Notes under the pieces: generated by a model
Databases searched by the model: none
What the model was told of the DNA's origin: nothing
Seen by the model: only the letters and a program-made list of their open reading frames with translations
Program-made: the position numbers and the translations under genes
Source: a bacterium
Lineage (GTDB): Bacteria > Patescibacteriota > Minisyncoccia > JACQLN01
Length of the DNA stretch: 64,000 bases
Assembly (NCBI GenBank): GCA_030697795.1
Contig: JAUYOV010000004.1
Coordinates: 144,403-208,402 of the forward strand
Reading direction: 5' to 3'
Shown here: positions 30,188 through 38,437 of the stretch, piece by piece
Layout of the letters: the number at the start of each line of letters is the position of its first letter
How positions within the stretch are numbered: the first letter of the stretch is position 1

Positions 30188-30220
30188 TAGCATAACAATC
30201 CTAGAAATTGTAGTCAACCA

Positions 30221-30292
30221 GCCCTTGTAGTTCAATGGATAGAACAGGACTCTTCTAAGGTCTTGATGGGGGTTCGATTCCCTCCAGGGGCA
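30221..30292 (+). tRNA. tRNA-Arg (anticodon TCT)
   Basis: Cloverleaf folded by hand: acceptor GCCCTTG/CAGGGGC, D-arm GTTC/GAAC, anticodon loop CTTCTAA, T-loop TTCGATT, discriminator A; CCA not encoded. Confidence 0.85.
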
Positions 30293-30391
30293 CATATCAA
30301 TTTTAACATTTTTTAAAGGTCGATTTATAATAATTAATTCGTGTTTCATTCGTATCATTCGAATGAATTCGTATATTAGTATTACATAAAC

Positions 30392-30640
30392 ATGAAACCT
30401 ATCGGAAAAATAACCCACTACTACAACAAAGCCGGTGTCGCCATAGTTGAGCTTTCGGACACCCTAAAAGTTGGCGATAAAATTAAATTGGCAGGCGGTA
30501 AAACCGAATTTGATCAAACCGTAGAAGAAATGCAAGTGGATCATCAGTCAGTTTCTGTGGCCAAAGCCGGAGACATTGTTGGCATTAAGGTAAGCCAAAA
30601 AGTTCGTGAAGGCGCTTTAGTTTCTAAACTGGAAGAATAG
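30392..30640 (+). CDS. small beta-barrel protein, EF-Tu domain-2-like (hypothetical)
   Basis: 82 aa, GKITHYYNKAGVAIVELSDTLKVGDKI…DIVGIKV, reminiscent of translation-factor domain II. Confidence 0.4.
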   Translation: MKPIGKITHYYNKAGVAIVELSDTLKVGDKIKLAGGKTEFDQTVEEMQVDHQSVSVAKAGDIVGIKVSQKVREGALVSKLEE

Positions 30641-30732
30641 TTTATTCGTCTTATGTGTCCTATTTGACCTATTAAAATCAGGTTGAGTTTTTGTCTATAA
30701 AGCTATAAGCTATAGGCTGTAAGCTATTTTAT

Positions 30733-30804
30733 GGAGGCATTGGTGTAGTGGTAACACGGCAGGTTGTGGACCTGTTGTCATGGGTTCGAATCCCATATGC
30801 CTCC
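30733..30804 (+). tRNA. tRNA-His (anticodon GTG) with G-1
   Basis: Extra 5' G pairs with discriminator C; acceptor GAGGCAT/ATGCCTC; anticodon loop TTGTGGA; T-loop TTCGAAT. Confidence 0.85.
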
Positions 30805-30884
30805 CATTCCCTTTTTCCCCTTTCTTTCCTCTTTTCACCCATTTCATCCCATTATTGGACTTATTAGTCCTATTCGACTTACTT

Positions 30885-31361
30885 ATGGAACTCACTATCC
30901 GCAAAGCCACACTCGACGACCTCGCCGAAATTTCCAAACTAAATTTGGAACTTTTTAATGTTCAACATAAATTTGACCCGACCGCCAACTTAAACTGGAC
31001 CATGAGCCCAGACGGCCAAGAATATTTTAAAACAAGAATATCCGCAGAAGATAGCTTTACAGAAGTAGCCGAAGACAAATCTGGCCAACTTGTAGGCTAT
31101 ATTTTTGGAGCAATTTTTAAACGCCAACCGTGGAGGGTGGAAGGAAAATATGCGGAACTGGAAAGTATTTATATAAAACCAGAACACCAAGTCGCTGGAC
31201 TAGGCGCAAAATTAACGTCTGATTTTATAAACTGGTGCCGCCAAAATAAAGTTAACTATATTTCTGTTATACCAACATCAAAAAATGAAAAAGCTATTAA
31301 ATTTTACAGAAAACTAGGCTTTTCCGATTACGATCTAGTAATGCAATTAAAATTGGATTAA
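30885..31361 (+). CDS. GNAT-family N-acetyltransferase
   Basis: …QLVGYIFGAI…YIKPEHQVAGLGAKL…KAIKFYRKLGF; the ORF-track N-terminal extension overlaps tRNA-His and is rejected, so the start is set at MELTIRK. Confidence 0.7.
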   Translation: MELTIRKATLDDLAEISKLNLELFNVQHKFDPTANLNWTMSPDGQEYFKTRISAEDSFTEVAEDKSGQLVGYIFGAIFKRQPWRVEGKYAELESIYIKPEHQVAGLGAKLTSDFINWCRQNKVNYISVIPTSKNEKAIKFYRKLGFSDYDLVMQLKLD

Positions 31362-31365
31362 AAAA

Positions 31366-31393
31366 CTCCCGACTTTTCGTCGGGAGTTTTACT
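31366..31393. terminator. bidirectional intrinsic terminator between convergent genes
   Basis: AAAAAACTCCCGACttttcGTCGGGAGTTTT. Confidence 0.7.
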
Positions 31394-31405
31394 ACTCACT
31401 CATTT

Positions 31406-31861
31406 TTATTGACTTAACCTATCCACACATTTGGCGAAACCTCGTCTGATTTTGATATCAACAAAACCAACCATAGAAACTACGCAAAGTAACGGGAAGG
31501 TATCCATCTTAAGTTCCAATACTCTAATCAAGTACTGAATATTTTTATATCTCAAATTCCTATTTTTAGAACCCTTTCTAATACCCTTCAAAATTGCAAA
31601 TTTAATGGCTTCGACTAAATTGATTAAAGAGTTTTCGTTTATTCTCCTAAAGAAGCTCACTATTTCAACCAAAGTACCAAATCCACTCTTTTGAGAAAAG
31701 CCTAACAAAGAATCAGCTCTTATAGACTCCATCGCCAAGTCATCTATCAAGACTATCCATTCCTTTTTGTCTAGGGATTCTAGAAAAGAAATGAAACTTT
31801 CAGAAGAATGAACATGGCTAGAATCTTTCGGCAACTTCCTTTGATAAAGAGGCTTATTCAT
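31406..31861 (-). CDS. hypothetical protein (151 aa)
   Basis: ORF only; no recognisable motif. Confidence 0.4.
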   Translation of the reverse strand: MNKPLYQRKLPKDSSHVHSSESFISFLESLDKKEWIVLIDDLAMESIRADSLLGFSQKSGFGTLVEIVSFFRRINENSLINLVEAIKFAILKGIRKGSKNRNLRYKNIQYLIRVLELKMDTFPLLCVVSMVGFVDIKIRRGFAKCVDRLSQ

Positions 31862-31985
31862 TTCAAAATTCTCCTTTTTTAGATTGGAACATTATTTAAA
31901 GGATCTTGTGAGACTATATAATATTATAAAAAATAAGTAAATAGTAAAATTTGCCCACAAAATCTATGTCATTTATAGTGTATCA

Positions 31986-33386
31986 ATGCCTCCTTCCGAA
32001 TATATCAAAAACAAAAAAGTGCTGATTATGGGTTTAGGTCTTTTGGGTGGTGGAATTGCCACAACTAAGTGGCTAGTTAAACATGGCGCCAAAGTTACGG
32101 TAACCGATTTAAAATCGCGCGCTGATTTAGCTGGTTCCATTAAAGCGCTTGGTCCAGCGATAAAAAAAGTAAAACTGGTTTTAGGCAAACACAACGAATC
32201 CGATTTTAAAAATAACCAAATTATAGTTGTTAATCCCGCAGTGCCTAAAGAAAGCCCCTTTTTAAAAATCGCGCGCGAAGCGGGTGTCACTTTAGAAAAC
32301 GAAGCCACGCTTTTTTTTAATCTTTGTTCTAGCCCAATTATTGCCGTAACAGGTACGCGGGGAAAAACCACCACAGTTAATTGGATTCTTCACTTTTTAA
32401 ATCAAAAATATCCAAATTCTGTTTTAACCGGAAACTCTTCCGATAGTCCAATGCTTGGTGTTTTAGATGGTTTAGATGGCCAAAGCCCAGTGGTGGTTGA
32501 GTTATCCTCGTGGCACTTGGAACTTTTGCCTGTCTCTAAAAAATCTCCTCACATTTCCGTTATTACCAACATCTACCCCGATCACCTGAATCGTTATAAG
32601 AATTTGACGGCATACGCCCAAGCCAAAGCCAATATTTTTAAACATCAAACTAAAAATGATTTTTTGATCTTGAATAAAAAAAATCCTTGGACCAAATTCT
32701 TCTTAAAACAATCCGCCAGTTGGCGGACCAAAAGCAAAATCATTTACTCCAGCATTGTTAAACCTCCAGGGTTTAACAAATCTTTTGTTCAACACTTAGT
32801 GTTGAACATGGGAGAACATAATTTGCAAAATCTTGTGATCGCAGCTCTGGCCGCTAACTTAGCTGGCGTGGATTGGAACTTGATAAAAAAAGCCGTAAAA
32901 ACCCTGCCTCAAATAAAATTTAGGCAAGAAATTATCTATCAAAAAGATGGCTTGACGATTGTAAACGACACCACCGCCACCTCGCCCGATGCCACCATCG
33001 CCGCTTTAAACAGATTCGCCTATCGAGGTTCAACCTCGATAGTATTGATAACCGGCGGCACTAGTAAAAATTTAGAATTTAATCCGCCAGTTGGCGGATG
33101 GGCTCGCGCTGTTAAAAAACACATAAAACCAGCCAATCTTTTCCTTTTAGATGGTTCGGCTACTAAAAAAATGTTGGACTCGCTTGGCGAAAAATATTTT
33201 AAAAAATCTAGACCCCAGCTCTATCTAGATTTTAATATTCTTTTGACTTCGGCCTTAAAACATGCGAAATTAATAAAAGGTAAAAAGGTATTACTGTTTT
33301 CACCCTCGGCCGCTTCGTTTGAAAAATTCAAAAACGAATTCGACCGTGGAGAGCGGTTCAACCAGTTCTTTAAAGAAAGGAGTTAA
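31986..33386 (+). CDS. murD: UDP-N-acetylmuramoylalanine--D-glutamate ligase
   Basis: N-terminal VLIMGLGLLGGGIATTKWL; Mur ligase P-loop AVTGTRGKTTT; 466 aa. Confidence 0.75.
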   Translation: MPPSEYIKNKKVLIMGLGLLGGGIATTKWLVKHGAKVTVTDLKSRADLAGSIKALGPAIKKVKLVLGKHNESDFKNNQIIVVNPAVPKESPFLKIAREAGVTLENEATLFFNLCSSPIIAVTGTRGKTTTVNWILHFLNQKYPNSVLTGNSSDSPMLGVLDGLDGQSPVVVELSSWHLELLPVSKKSPHISVITNIYPDHLNRYKNLTAYAQAKANIFKHQTKNDFLILNKKNPWTKFFLKQSASWRTKSKIIYSSIVKPPGFNKSFVQHLVLNMGEHNLQNLVIAALAANLAGVDWNLIKKAVKTLPQIKFRQEIIYQKDGLTIVNDTTATSPDATIAALNRFAYRGSTSIVLITGGTSKNLEFNPPVGGWARAVKKHIKPANLFLLDGSATKKMLDSLGEKYFKKSRPQLYLDFNILLTSALKHAKLIKGKKVLLFSPSAASFEKFKNEFDRGERFNQFFKERS

Positions 33387-33388
33387 AT

Positions 33389-33607
33389 GTGGATATTCTG
33401 GAACAAGCCTATTTTATTGCCGTACCAAATTCAAAACCTCTGCCTCCTGATACATCGCCAACAAAACTTGCCGAGCTGGCTATCGAAAGTCTAGCGGGTT
33501 CAAGAGTACATCCCATCGGTATGATCGCAGAGTGTCGACAAAGAATTCTGGATGACCCTAAAGTCAACCCAGAAATACGGGATCTTGCAGATGAAATGCT
33601 CCGATAA
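33389..33607 (+). CDS. hypothetical small protein (72 aa), GTG start coupled to the murD stop
   Basis: AGGAG 6 nt upstream of GTG; followed immediately by a strong terminator. Confidence 0.5.
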   Translation: MDILEQAYFIAVPNSKPLPPDTSPTKLAELAIESLAGSRVHPIGMIAECRQRILDDPKVNPEIRDLADEMLR

Positions 33608-33640
33608 ACCGGAACCACCGCCGAAGGCGGTGGTTTTTTA
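33608..33640 (+). terminator. intrinsic terminator
   Basis: AACCACCGCCgaagGCGGTGGTTTTTT. Confidence 0.8.
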
Positions 33641-34747
33641 ATACGAAAACGAATCTACCAATAACCCGTTAGAATCATACAAATATAAAGTATCGTCTAA
33701 ATCGTCTAAAATTTCGTGATTACGGCCCAAATAAACTTTCCATTTGCCCAAATAAAAACTAGCTCGATTTTTAGACCTATCTACGCAGGCTTGATAGTTA
33801 TAATTCTTAGTAATAAATTCCCGGCACGAAGGTTCGTTAATAAAACTAAAATATTCTAACTTTGGCTCCCTACAAGAATTTAGGCCTTCCAGATATCTTC
33901 GGCAAGAAATACTGTAACTATTGTAATCCGACGGGCTGGGCAAATTACACCTGCCCCCGCCAGATAAAGAATCATAACTTTCAAAGGCGCTCGCCATATA
34001 GCCATCGCAAGAATTCTCCTGAAAATTTACGCCCAACGGGCTTCTCTTGCCCACATAAATATCGGCAATGTTTCCCTTATTTAAAACAATGTTATCTGTG
34101 GCGTTTAGATCTCGGGCGTTAAACACCCTTGAAGCTTTCGGAATTTCAAACGAATTGTTAAAACGTTTTGTTTTTAAAAACCACCCCGTAATATTAACCC
34201 CTAAATCGCTAGCCCGATTAACTATAGATATTTTTTCGTAGTGAGGCTTGCCGGCAGAGCCTCTATAATTAACGTTGTTAATTTTAATTTTTCCAAAATA
34301 GTTAGAAACATTCACCAAAAAAGTCCTAGCGGCGGCGGTATTATCAAATTCACCTTTAGAGTTTTTAGCCCGCGCCAAAAGCGTATAGGTTTTTTTACCG
34401 GAGGGCAGATTATAAGAAACTTTGCCGTTAACCGCCCGCCAACCCGTATCGTAGCCAATAAGCCACACCTCAAAACGAGTGGTTTTTTCAAATGGCAAAA
34501 CCTGCCAGCCATCTAAAACAAAATCAACTTTAGTATTTTGGATAACGCCATTTTGTTCTGGTCCGCCTAAAATAACGGTTTCCATCGGGCTAAAAAATAT
34601 GCCCGTTTTTACAGATTGCAATTGATTTTGCCGAGTTTGCGGTAAAAATACCGAAACCTTGCTTCTTACTCTTTTTTTAATATCGCTGACCTTGCCGGCT
34701 TCGGCTGGTATGCCCACAGCCAAAACCAAAAGACAAACCACGAGCAA
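33638..34747 (-). CDS. secreted Cys-rich hypothetical protein (start uncertain; ORF-track start 34897 overlaps nth)
   Basis: Signal-like LLVVCLLVLAVGIPAEA. The ORF track extends it to 34897, overlapping the nth 3' end and the GC-rich element; possible TTG start near 34747. Confidence 0.45.
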   Translation of the reverse strand: MLVVCLLVLAVGIPAEAGKVSDIKKRVRSKVSVFLPQTRQNQLQSVKTGIFFSPMETVILGGPEQNGVIQNTKVDFVLDGWQVLPFEKTTRFEVWLIGYDTGWRAVNGKVSYNLPSGKKTYTLLARAKNSKGEFDNTAAARTFLVNVSNYFGKIKINNVNYRGSAGKPHYEKISIVNRASDLGVNITGWFLKTKRFNNSFEIPKASRVFNARDLNATDNIVLNKGNIADIYVGKRSPLGVNFQENSCDGYMASAFESYDSLSGGGRCNLPSPSDYNSYSISCRRYLEGLNSCREPKLEYFSFINEPSCREFITKNYNYQACVDRSKNRASFYLGKWKVYLGRNHEILDDLDDTLYLYDSNGLLVDSFSY

Positions 34748-34769
34748 AATAACTCGCTTGTTAAAAATT

Positions 34770-35495
34770 TTACTTGCCCTTCGTAGCCTTGCCGCGCCCT
34801 TGCGAAGCCTTGTGCGAAGGAGGGGCGTAGGAGGGTTTGATTTTATAAAGTTCGCATTCACACTTTTTATGCCGTGCTGGGCAAACAGCGCGACCATAGT
34901 TTATTATTCTATAAGTATAACTAAACCATTCGTTTTTAGGAATTATTTGCATTAAGTCTTTTTCTATTTTGACTGGATTGGATTCCTTTGTGAATCCAAG
35001 TTTTTGATTTATACGTATCATATGCGTATCCACAGCTATACCATCAACAACATTGTAGGCATTCCCCAAAACCACGTTAGCGGTTTTTCGGGCTACCCCG
35101 GGCAAGGTGAGAATTTCTAGCATTGTATTTGGAACTTTGCCACCAAATTTAGATTCAACAAGCTTAACCGCGCCAAGTATATTTTTAGTTTTGGCGCGAT
35201 AAAAACCGCACGAATGAATTAGTTTTTCTAGTTGCGTTTGAGTTAGTTTGGAAAAATCCTTAGTGGTTTTATATTTCTTAAATATATTTTCTGTAACTTG
35301 GTTTACTTTTTTATCTGTGCATTGCGCCGAAAGAATAACTGCCACCAAAAGTTGAACAGGATTTTCAAAATTTAAGGCAATTTTAGCTTCGGGAAATTTA
35401 TTCTTTAAAAATTTTATAACCTTAAGCGCCCGTTTTTTCTTTTCTAAAAGCGATTCGGTTTTTGTAAAATCTTGTGCAAATTGTCTAAAACTCAT
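34770..35495 (-). CDS. nth: endonuclease III (HhH-GPD DNA glycosylase) with atypical GC-rich C-terminal tail
   Basis: LLVAVILSAQCTDKKVN…LPGVARKTANVVL…VDTHMIRI HhH-GPD; Fe-S region CPARHKKCEC then a tail PSYAPPSHKASQGRGKATKGK encoded by the dispersed GC-rich element. Confidence 0.75.
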   Translation of the reverse strand: MSFRQFAQDFTKTESLLEKKKRALKVIKFLKNKFPEAKIALNFENPVQLLVAVILSAQCTDKKVNQVTENIFKKYKTTKDFSKLTQTQLEKLIHSCGFYRAKTKNILGAVKLVESKFGGKVPNTMLEILTLPGVARKTANVVLGNAYNVVDGIAVDTHMIRINQKLGFTKESNPVKIEKDLMQIIPKNEWFSYTYRIINYGRAVCPARHKKCECELYKIKPSYAPPSHKASQGRGKATKGK

Positions 35496-35754
35496 ATAGA
35501 TACTATAGCAAAATTTAAAGTGGATAACCCGTCTTGCTTTGGTATATTACAGGACTATAATAAAAGTGAACTTGGTGGTTGGTTCCGATGAAAAGTCGGA
35601 ATACAGGATTTTAAAAGTTTTAGCTCAAAATTATTTGTTCAAGGGATTCCTAAATTGCGACTGCGTGCTGATTCGTTCGGGCGTTGATCGTTGCGGAAAC
35701 CCACCTATTAATTAGGCTGAACACACTTTTAAAATCCCGACCAAGTTCATTAAA

Positions 35755-35790
35755 AAACCCGAGATTTTATTCTCGGATTTTTTAATTTAT
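35755..35790. terminator. bidirectional intrinsic terminator after the adk-like gene
   Basis: AAAAAACCCGAGAttttattCTCGGATTTTTT. Confidence 0.6.
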
Positions 35791-35797
35791 CCCAACT

Positions 35798-36871
35798 TTA
35801 TAAACCTAAAACTTTTGACACCTGTTTTATAAGCCCCACCGCCACAGTTGCTGGCAATAAACTGTAAGATTTTTCTCCAGCATCATCTTTAATTGTCCAC
35901 GTTTCTTGGATTGTCTTTACTTTATTTGAAGATTTATCCAGTTCGTAACGATAACATGGTGTAATTTCATAATCATCTACAAACTTTTTAGCTGAATCAA
36001 CTGGCACAGAATTTCGTAAATAAATTTTAGTAATGCCATTTAATCCCACCAGAGTTTTCATAACTTTATCGTCAACTTCTATTCGGTCTCTAATTGCTTC
36101 AATGCCTAAACTATCACCCTCCTTAGGCACCATTCTGCCTCCATTACAACCGACGTCATCACAAATTAAATAAAATTGTTTTGTTTTTTCGTCATAACCA
36201 ACTTCTTTTGTAGCAAGAACCCTAATATTGCGGGGCGTCTGGCACTTAGAGCAAATTACTCTAAATTTTATGCGCTCGTCCATCACAGACTCTGGAACGT
36301 TTATAAACACAAAAAAATCGGGGTCGTCGCGATAGCCCATCAAGGCTCTAAAATAAAGAGAATAGGAAATTTGATCTAAATCGCGAGGGAAACCATCTAT
36401 AAAGATGGCTTTGCCTTTTAGCATACTAATTTGACGCTCTACTAAAGCCAGAATAACTTCTGTAGGCAAAAGCGATTTAGTATCGCGGCCTAAAATAATT
36501 TCCAATGCCTTTTCCACTGTAATCGGCCCTCTATAACGTCTCTTTAAAAATTCAATAAGTTCTTTCTTTTTAGTTTTATCGCCCAATTCTTTGTGAACAC
36601 TGCGCACAATATCGCCTATAGAAATATGGGCAACTTTGTCGCTGCCAACCGCTTCCATAAAAAGTTTAGTATAAGTGCCTTTACCAGAATTCTTTTTGCC
36701 TAGTAAAAAACCTACGAAGGTATTCTTCTTTAAATATTTTTGTATTTTTTTAATATCTTCGCCAGCTTTTAACTTAAAATATTTTTGGCGATCGGCTGGG
36801 TCCTCTAGCTTAAAAACTTGCTTAACACCACTGACTTTTGTTTTAAAAATCGGGAAAGAAGAATTATTCAT
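35798..36871 (-). CDS. adk: adenylate kinase family protein with N- and C-terminal extensions
   Basis: GFLLGKKNSGKGTYTKLF P-loop; IFIDGFPRDLDQ; Cys4 lid CSKC…CDDVGC; 357 aa. Confidence 0.6.
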   Translation of the reverse strand: MNNSSFPIFKTKVSGVKQVFKLEDPADRQKYFKLKAGEDIKKIQKYLKKNTFVGFLLGKKNSGKGTYTKLFMEAVGSDKVAHISIGDIVRSVHKELGDKTKKKELIEFLKRRYRGPITVEKALEIILGRDTKSLLPTEVILALVERQISMLKGKAIFIDGFPRDLDQISYSLYFRALMGYRDDPDFFVFINVPESVMDERIKFRVICSKCQTPRNIRVLATKEVGYDEKTKQFYLICDDVGCNGGRMVPKEGDSLGIEAIRDRIEVDDKVMKTLVGLNGITKIYLRNSVPVDSAKKFVDDYEITPCYRYELDKSSNKVKTIQETWTIKDDAGEKSYSLLPATVAVGLIKQVSKVLGL

Positions 36872-37052
36872 TGTTTGTTTTTATATTAACGATTTCGTAG
36901 TATATCAGATTTTAAGAAAAAACAAAGTCCCGCTAGTGAATTTCCGATATGCATTTGTTAAAATAAACCACTTGTCCACTTTTCAGGCGATCACATTAAA
37001 AGTGGATTTATTAAACTTTATTAAACACCAAGTGTTCAATAAAAAATAAAAA

Positions 37053-37088
37053 CCCGTAGTGACCGCCTTGGGCGAGTCTACTACGGGG
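37053..37088 (-). terminator. hairpin plus U-run terminating the GC-rich island operon (left flank repeat)
   Basis: CCCGTAGTGACcgccttgggcgaGTCTACTACGGG preceded on the plus strand by AAAAAATAAAAA (a T-run on the minus strand). Confidence 0.55.
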
Positions 37089-37207
37089 TGAAACCCTGCT
37101 AGCGAATTCCCGATTTTTCCGGCTTTCGTTAAAAAGCCTTTCGGAAATTCTGCTACGGGGAGCCCCCGACTTTCGCCGGGAGCTACATCAAGGTCAAACC
37201 TTGATAA

Positions 37208-37645
37208 CTATATCTTTTTTTGACCAATCATTTCCGCAACTTCCTCAATCGGATTCTTGTGCTGGTGAACTTCCTGCGGAATCTGCTGAACCTTGTATTT
37301 CTCCTTGAGATTGCAGGCTCCTTGTTCAGTCATCCACTTCAGCCACATAGCAACGCCGTTCTCCGTCGGTTCGTTCCGATACTTCGCGTTGGAGATCAAC
37401 TCGTCCAGCCGAGCGAGATTATTCGGTGTACCGGCCTCTGCGAGTTCGGGGAACCACCTCAAAAGCCAAGGTTTGCATTCGTCGTTTGCTCTTGGAAACT
37501 GGTGAGCGAACAGGTTGTCGCCGGTCATGAAGTTCAGAATGTCGTACACGCCATCGGTGTGCCGAGTGGAAACGACACGTCCCGTGATAATGCTCAATAC
37601 ATCACTAACATGAAACTCTCTCTCTCTTTCCTTTTTTGCCATCAT
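37208..37645 (-). CDS. hypothetical protein (145 aa) in GC-rich island
   Basis: Strong SD AAAGGAGGAAA 6 nt upstream of the ATG; visibly higher GC than the flanks; no recognisable domain. Confidence 0.55.
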   Translation of the reverse strand: MMAKKEREREFHVSDVLSIITGRVVSTRHTDGVYDILNFMTGDNLFAHQFPRANDECKPWLLRWFPELAEAGTPNNLARLDELISNAKYRNEPTENGVAMWLKWMTEQGACNLKEKYKVQQIPQEVHQHKNPIEEVAEMIGQKKI

Positions 37646-37690
37646 GATATTTCCTCCTTTGATTGGGATTGCGGACGATTTGTCCGAGGG

Positions 37691-38059
37691 TTAGATCTTC
37701 CTGAAAAAAGCTCCGGAAAAAGTTGCGCCGGGAGTGCCTACTTCTGCACTATAGAGAGAACTTTCACCAACAGAACTCCCTTCAGAATCCACAACCTTGA
37801 CCCACTGGTGGTGGCCTACGGAATTCCCGATATTCTTCGGGCATGGATCGTCGTGCTCTATCATTTCATCGGGCCACGGATCTTGGCCAGACTTGTAAAA
37901 TTCATCTGCTCCGCATTCGCAGTGTAACGGAGGAACTGGTATGACCTCCGAAACCCGAAAAGGTCCTTCGCTATACTCTTCAATCCGCTTGCCTTCCCTC
38001 CACGCAACTGAATTCCCGACAGAAAAACTTTCCTTTTTTTCTTTTTTTGCGGTTTTCAT
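37691..38059 (-). CDS. hypothetical Cys/His-containing protein (122 aa) in GC-rich island
   Basis: AGGAGGGG SD; ATG 1 nt after the upstream peptide stop; HCECGADEF…DPCPKN…GHHQW possible metal site. Confidence 0.5.
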   Translation of the reverse strand: MKTAKKEKKESFSVGNSVAWREGKRIEEYSEGPFRVSEVIPVPPLHCECGADEFYKSGQDPWPDEMIEHDDPCPKNIGNSVGHHQWVKVVDSEGSSVGESSLYSAEVGTPGATFSGAFFRKI

Positions 38060-38060
38060 T

Positions 38061-38189
38061 TTACCCCTCCTGTTTAATGAATCTTACAAGGTTGAACCCA
38101 ACCAGCAGGGAAATCCAGACACTGATCACCACGCTCCAACCATACTGCCTGACCCACCACTCCCACACTGGCATAGTCATCCTTTTCAC
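38061..38189 (-). CDS. small hydrophobic peptide (about 42 aa) leading the island operon
   Basis: GGAGGGGG SD 5 nt upstream of the GTG; VKRMTMPVWEWWVRQYGWSVVISVWISLLVGFNLVRFIKQEG; TTGACT-type promoter candidate about 60 nt upstream. Confidence 0.35.
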   Translation of the reverse strand: MKRMTMPVWEWWVRQYGWSVVISVWISLLVGFNLVRFIKQEG

Positions 38190-38358
38190 TTTAACCCCCT
38201 CCATTAGTGAGTTTAAAAACAAGTTTTTGAAGAACAAATTATGCCGAAATGATACCATATCACAATGATAAAAGTCAATAGCGAGTAAATAACCCAAATA
38301 AACCCATATTTTAAGCCATATTTTCCTATGAGTTTTTAACGAGTAGCTGAAAATATGT

Positions 38359-38409
38359 GCCCCGTAGTGATGCAAAGCCGAGCTCGGCGAAGCATCTACT
38401 ACTGGGGCC
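38359..38409. repeat. right flank hairpin of GC-rich island (related to left flank)
   Basis: GCCCCGTAGTGATGCaaagCCGAGCTCGGcgaaGCATCTACTACTGGGGC shares the CCGTAGTGA…TC(T)ACTACGGG arms with 37053-37088. Confidence 0.5.
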
Positions 38410-38437
38410 ATTTTTTCACATTTTCATACGCCGTACT

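Noticed and set aside
30049-30220. CIRCE (TTAGCACTC-N9-GAGTGCTAA) upstream of clpB
   Set aside because: Not present; only a different 7-13-7 inverted repeat was found.
30173-30418. 81-aa minus-strand ORF
   Set aside because: Overlaps tRNA-Arg(TCT) on the opposite strand; spurious.
30710-30958. ORFs 30710-30937(-) and 30764-30958(+), and the 30780 start of the GNAT ORF
   Set aside because: They overlap tRNA-His; the GNAT start was moved to the first ATG after the tRNA (30885).
31973-32374. 133-aa minus-strand ORF antisense to murD
   Set aside because: Inside a well-supported murD frame; no independent support.
37220-37927. 235-aa plus-strand ORF spanning the GC-rich island
   Set aside because: Antisense to two strong-SD minus-strand ORFs; no RBS; low-complexity junk-like translation. 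Long spurious antisense ORFs are expected in locally GC-rich DNA.
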